Shown here: piece after piece, positions 59,776-64,000 of the stretch | Layout: the number at the start of each line of letters is the position of its first letter | Position numbering within the stretch: the stretch's first letter is position 1 | NCBI GenBank assembly: GCA_963758835.1 | Contig: CAVWWZ010000015.1 | Location: 128,249 to 192,248, forward strand | Direction of reading: 5' to 3' | Origin: an uncultured Acidobacteriaceae bacterium | Lineage (GTDB): Bacteria; Acidobacteriota; Terriglobia; Terriglobales; Acidobacteriaceae | DNA: 64,000 nucleotides | The notes under the pieces: model-generated | Told to the model about the DNA's origin: nothing | The model's input: only the letters and a program-made list of their open reading frames with translations | The model's database searches: none | Program-made: the position numbers and the translations under genes

Positions 59776-62700
59776 ATGTCGAAATTTTTCATCAATCGGC
59801 CCATCGTTGCCATTGTCATCTCGATCCTGATGGTGCTGGTCGGCGTGGTTGCGATGCTCAGCCTGCCGACGGCGCAGTTTCCCAACATCGCCGATCCGCA
59901 TGATCCAGGTGAAGGCGACCTATCCCGGCGCGGACGCCCAGACCATCGCCGAGTCGGTGGCGACCCCGATCGAGCAGCAGATGTCGGGCGTCAGCGGCAT
60001 GAACTACATGTACTCGCTGAGCGCCAGTTCGGGCGGCGGCATGACGCTGTATGTCGACTTCCAGCTCGGGCACCGACATCAACACCGACCAGATTCTGGC
60101 GCAGATGCGGCAAGGGCAGGCGAACTCGCAGCTGCCCAGCGCAGGTGACTCAGCAGGGCGTACTCGTGCAGCCAGGCAACCACGGCGCCGTTCATGTTGC
60201 TCGACCTGTACTCGCCCAACGGAAGCTACGACAACATCTTCCTGGCCAACTACGCCACCATCAACCTGCAGTACGCACTGACGCGCATGCCGGGCGTGTC
60301 GCAGGTGCAGATCTTCGGCGCCGGCCCGTACGCCATGCGCATCTGGGTCAATCCTGACACGCTGGCCAATCTGGGCGTGACCGTGCCGGACATCATCAAC
60401 GCGGTGCAGAGCGCAGAACAAGGTAAATCCTGCCGGCCAGATCGGCGGCGAGCCCGTTCCTCAAGGCCAGCAGTTCACCTACAACGTGCGCGCCCCGGGA
60501 CGCCTGCCCACGGCGGACGGAGTTCGAACAGATCGTGGTCCGCGCCAATCCCGACGGCTCCATTCTGCGCCTGAAAGACGTGGCCCGGGTGGAGATGGGA
60601 TCGCAGTACTACTCATATCAGGCCCGCTTAGGATTGGCGCCCGAGGAGGGAAAGCCGGCCACGCCGGCCCAGCCGGCCGCCTTGATTGCGCTGTATCTAA
60701 CGCCGGGCAGCAACGCGCTGCAGACTCGCGACAACGTCCTCAAGATGATGGAGGAAGCCAAGAGCCGATTTCCGCAGGGTCTGGACTACGTCGTCGCGCT
60801 GGACACGACGCTGGCGGTCAGCGCCGGCATCAAGGAAATCTACAAGACGCTGGGCGAGGCGCTGGTCCTGGTCATCATCGTGGTGTTACATCTTCCTGCA
60901 AGGCTGGCGCGCCACGCTGATTCCGCTGCTGGCGGTTCCGGTCTCGCTGATCGGAACCTTCATCGTCTTTCCCATGCTCGGATTTTCCATCAACACCCTC
61001 TCGCTGTTTGGACTGGTGCTGGCCATCGGACTGGTCGTCGACGATGCCATCGTCGTGGTGGAGGCGGTCGAGCACCATATCGAAGGAGGCATGACGCCGC
61101 ACGATGCGACGGTCAGGGCGATGGAAGAGGTCTCCGGCCCGGTCATCGCCATCGCGCTGATCCTGGCGGCGGTGTTCATTCCTACGGCGTTCGTTCCCGG
61201 TATCACCGGCCAGCTCTACAAGCAGTTCGCCGTCACCATCGCGATTTCGGTGCTGTTCTCGGCGTTTAACGCGCTGACCCTCAGCCCGGCGCTGTCCGCC
61301 ATGCTGCTGCGACCGAAGAAGGAATCGCGCGGTCCGCTGGGCGCGTTCTTCCGCTGGTTCAACAGGTGTTCGGGCGAGCCACCGATGGATACGTCGACGG
61401 CCTGCAGGCACCTCATCCACAAGGCCGGCTTCGCCTTCCTGTTGCTGGGACTCATCGTGTTGGGCGCAGCGTTCTTCGGCAAGCGGTTCCCGGCAGGCTT
61501 CTTGCCCGACGAAGACCAGGGATACCTCTATGCCGGCCTGCAATTGCCGGATGCCTCGTCGCTGCAGCGCTCCTCCGAGGCCGCGCGAGAGGTCGAAAAG
61601 ATCATCATGGAGACGCCGGGCGTTGCAGAACGTCAGCTCGGTCATGGGCTACAGCATGCTGAGCGGCGTCAATGCGACCTACAGCTCTTTCTTCTTCGTC
61701 TCGTTCAAGCCCTGGGAAGAGCGCAAGACTCCGGAGACCAGTTACGACGGAATCAAAGCGCATCTGCGACGATGCCCTGTCCAGAGTCCCGTCGGAATCG
61801 CGTTTTCCTTCCCGCCGCCTGCCATTCCGGGCGTGGGAACATCGGGAGGCGCGACCTTCATCCTGGAGGACCGCTCGGGCAGCGGCATCGATTTCCTGGC
61901 GAAGAACACGCAAGCGTTCATGGCCGAGGCGCGCAAGCGCCCGAACTCGCCAGGCGTGATGACGACTGCGCTTGTTCGGCGTTCCCCAGGTCGGAGTCAA
62001 CGTCGACAACGCCAAGGCCATGACGCAGCAGATCCCGCTTGGCAGCTCTGTACCAAACCGTGCAGACGTTCATGGGCGGCGCGCTGGTGAACTACTTCAA
62101 CCGCTTCGGACTGCAGTGGCAGGTGTACGTGCAGGCCGACGGCGACTATCCGCACCAATGCCAGATAACCTGGGCAAGTTCTACGTCCGCAACAGCCACA
62201 GGCGAGATGGTTCCGCTGAGTACGCTGACCACCATCGTATCCGCGCAGCGGCGCTGAGTTCGTCATGCGCTACAACCTGTTCAACTGCGTGCAGATCAAC
62301 GCCTCCGCTGCGCCCGGCTACAGCTCCGGCGCAGGCGATCGCCGCGCTCGAAGACGTCTTCAAGAAGACCATGCCGGCGCAGATGGGCTACGACTGGAGC
62401 GGCATGTCGTACCAGGAGGTGAAGGCCGCGCAGGGCGTCAGCCCGGCGACCATCTTCGGCCTGTCGTTCTTCGTCGTCTTCCTCATCATGGCGGCGCAGT
62501 ACGAAAGCTGGACGCTGCCCTTCAGCGTGCTGCTGGGCGTGCCGATCGCGGTCTTCGGAGCATTCGTCGCGCTCTACTCCCGCAGCTCGAAAACAACGTC
62601 TACGCGCAGATCGGTCTGGTCATGCTGATCGGGCTTTCGGCGAAGAACGCCATTCTGATCGTCGAATTCGCCAAGATGGAATACGACAAGGGCGCACCCT

Positions 62701-63000
62701 TGATGGAAGCCTCGCTGACCGGCGCAAGGCTGCGACTGCGGCCCATCCTGATGACGGCCTTCGCCTTCATCCTGGGTTGCGTGCCGCTGTGGACGGCGAC
62801 CGGCGCCGGCGGCATTTCGCGTCAGGTGCTGGGAACGGTGCGTGATCGGCGGCATGTTGGCCGCAACCCTGCTCGCGATCTTCTTCATCCCTGTCTGCTT
62901 CGACGTGGTCGAGCGATTCGGCCACTGGATCGGCGGCGGCGAGAAACGGCCGGACCTGCCACCAGCCGCGGCGCCCGCAGAAGGAGCGGCCCATGACTAG
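59776..63000 (+). CDS. RND (AcrB/MexB-type) multidrug efflux permease, many frameshifts
   Basis: The protein reads [39 protein letters not shown], ...[56 protein letters not shown] and [21 protein letters not shown]. The stop TAG at 62998 overlaps the next gene's start (ATGACTAG). Confidence 0.88.
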
Positions 63001-64000
63001 ACTCAAAACACTCGCGGCTGTCCTCACTGCGCTTTCGCTCTGCGCCTGCAAGGTTGGTCCCAACTACGAGCGGCCAAAGCTGGATGTTCCGGGTGACTAC
63101 CGCGGCGTCGCACCAGAGGCACAGCAGCAGCCTCCGACAGAACCCATGCCTGCGACTTCAACTCCTTCTGGGCAAACACAGCCCGGAACTCCACCGACAC
63201 CCGCTCCGCCGCCCGCGATGCAGAATCAGGCTGCGCAGCAACCCGTGGCCACTCCCGCGCAACCGTCACCGCAAGCCGCCGCTCAGGCGCAACAGCCGGT
63301 AGCTACCCAGCCCGGTTCGGCGGGCATTCCCTTTGGCGACCTGCCCTGGACCTCGGCCTTTCAGGACGAAGTTTTACAGGGCTTGCTTAAAGAAGCGCTC
63401 ACTAACAACTACGACCTCCGCGTCGCCGCCACTCGCGTTCTGCAGGCGAACGCAAACTTGGGGATCGTGCGCGCCAACCAGTTCCCTACCCTGAATGGCA
63501 CCGGTTCCGCCAGCTACGGCAAAGATGAGGTCCAATTCACCAACACGGATCCGCAAGGATTCGGCACGCTTGGGCTCAGCCTCAATTACGTTACCGACTT
63601 CTGGGGACAGTACCGTCGAGCGACGGAGTCGGCCCGTGCCACCCTGCTGGCAACAAAGTATGCGCAGGAGGTGGTGCAGATCTCGCTGATCAATTCGGTA
63701 GTCACCAACTACTACCAGATGTTGCAGTACGACGACCAGCTCGAGTATTCGCGCAAAACGGTCGAAGCCGATCAGGAGATCTACAAGCTGAACGACATCA
63801 AGTTCAAAGGCGGTGACGCCGCAATTACGGATGTCTATCAGGCGCAGGTCATCCTGCAGCAGGCTGAGGCGGGCGTAATCACCTATCAGCAGCTCGCGGA
63901 ACAGGCGGAAAACAATCTCAGTATTCTGGTAGGCAGAAACCCCGGCCCGGTCAGACGCGGACTGAATCTGGTGAATCAACCAGTTGTGCCGGTTGTGCCT
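62993..64000 (+). CDS. Efflux outer-membrane factor lipoprotein (NodT/OprM family), 5' part; runs off the window
   Basis: Manual translation gives [38 protein letters not shown], then a Pro/Gln-rich insert, then [34 protein letters not shown]...FPTLNG. The frame stays open to position 64000. Confidence 0.85.
   Translation, partial: MTRLKTLAAVLTALSLCACKVGPNYERPKLDVPGDYRGVAPEAQQQPPTEPMPATSTPSGQTQPGTPPTPAPPPAMQNQAAQQPVATPAQPSPQAAAQAQQPVATQPGSAGIPFGDLPWTSAFQDEVLQGLLKEALTNNYDLRVAATRVLQANANLGIVRANQFPTLNGTGSASYGKDEVQFTNTDPQGFGTLGLSLNYVTDFWGQYRRATESARATLLATKYAQEVVQISLINSVVTNYYQMLQYDDQLEYSRKTVEADQEIYKLNDIKFKGGDAAITDVYQAQVILQQAEAGVITYQQLAEQAENNLSILVGRNPGPVRRGLNLVNQPVVPVVP

Noticed and set aside
63976-64000. 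cagttgtgccggttgtgcc at the window end, which looks like a heptad module.
   Set aside because: Its period is 9 nt (it encodes VVPVVP) and it lies inside the OMF coding frame. It is not a member of the 7-nt family.

Overview
This is a high-GC (~60%) bacterial chromosomal window. Protein signatures (EF-Tu, a PEP-CTERM protein, CadC/TPR-type regulators) suggest an Acidobacteriota/Terriglobia-like genome, but that is inference only.

Gene content:
- The core (20.7-43.8 kb, + strand) is the complete str-S10-spc-alpha ribosomal supercluster: rpsL-rpsG-fusA-tuf-rpsJ-rplCDWB-rpsS-rplV-rpsC-rplP-rpmC-rpsQ-rplNXE-rpsN(Z)-rpsH-rplFR-rpsE-rpmD-rplO-secY-adk-map-infA-rpmJ-rpsMKD-rpoA-rplQ.
- The left flank holds an RND pump and adaptor, an FGE-family enzyme, and a TetR-controlled oxidoreductase cluster. 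It also holds a heme A synthase-like gene, a serine hydrolase, tRNA-Val(GAC) with a duplicated 3' half, yraN, a CDP-alcohol transferase, an EamA transporter, a glucoamylase-like gene, an M20 peptidase, a Big_2 lipoprotein and vapBC.
- The right flank holds a PEP-CTERM protein, a CadC/TPR regulator, a deacetylase, a ParDE-like pair, a GT39-like membrane protein, GNAT, hydantoinase A, csbD and pheA. It also holds a repeat protein, a MoaD-like GG protein, an orphan hypF and a second RND tripartite system.

Two things stand out:
1. About 20 intercistronic spacers from rpsJ to rplQ are inflated to 76-233 bp by tandem 7-nt units. CAGTTGY-type units sit just after stop codons, and their complement RCAACTG or AGCTAAR units sit just before the next start. 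The arms can pair into long stem-loops, and the downstream arms place a stop codon in all three frames.
2. Reading frames are interrupted by single-nt indels in discrete blocks that include essential genes. These are most likely consensus errors. Many CDS are therefore reported as gene spans rather than clean ORFs, and their ends carry uncertainty.
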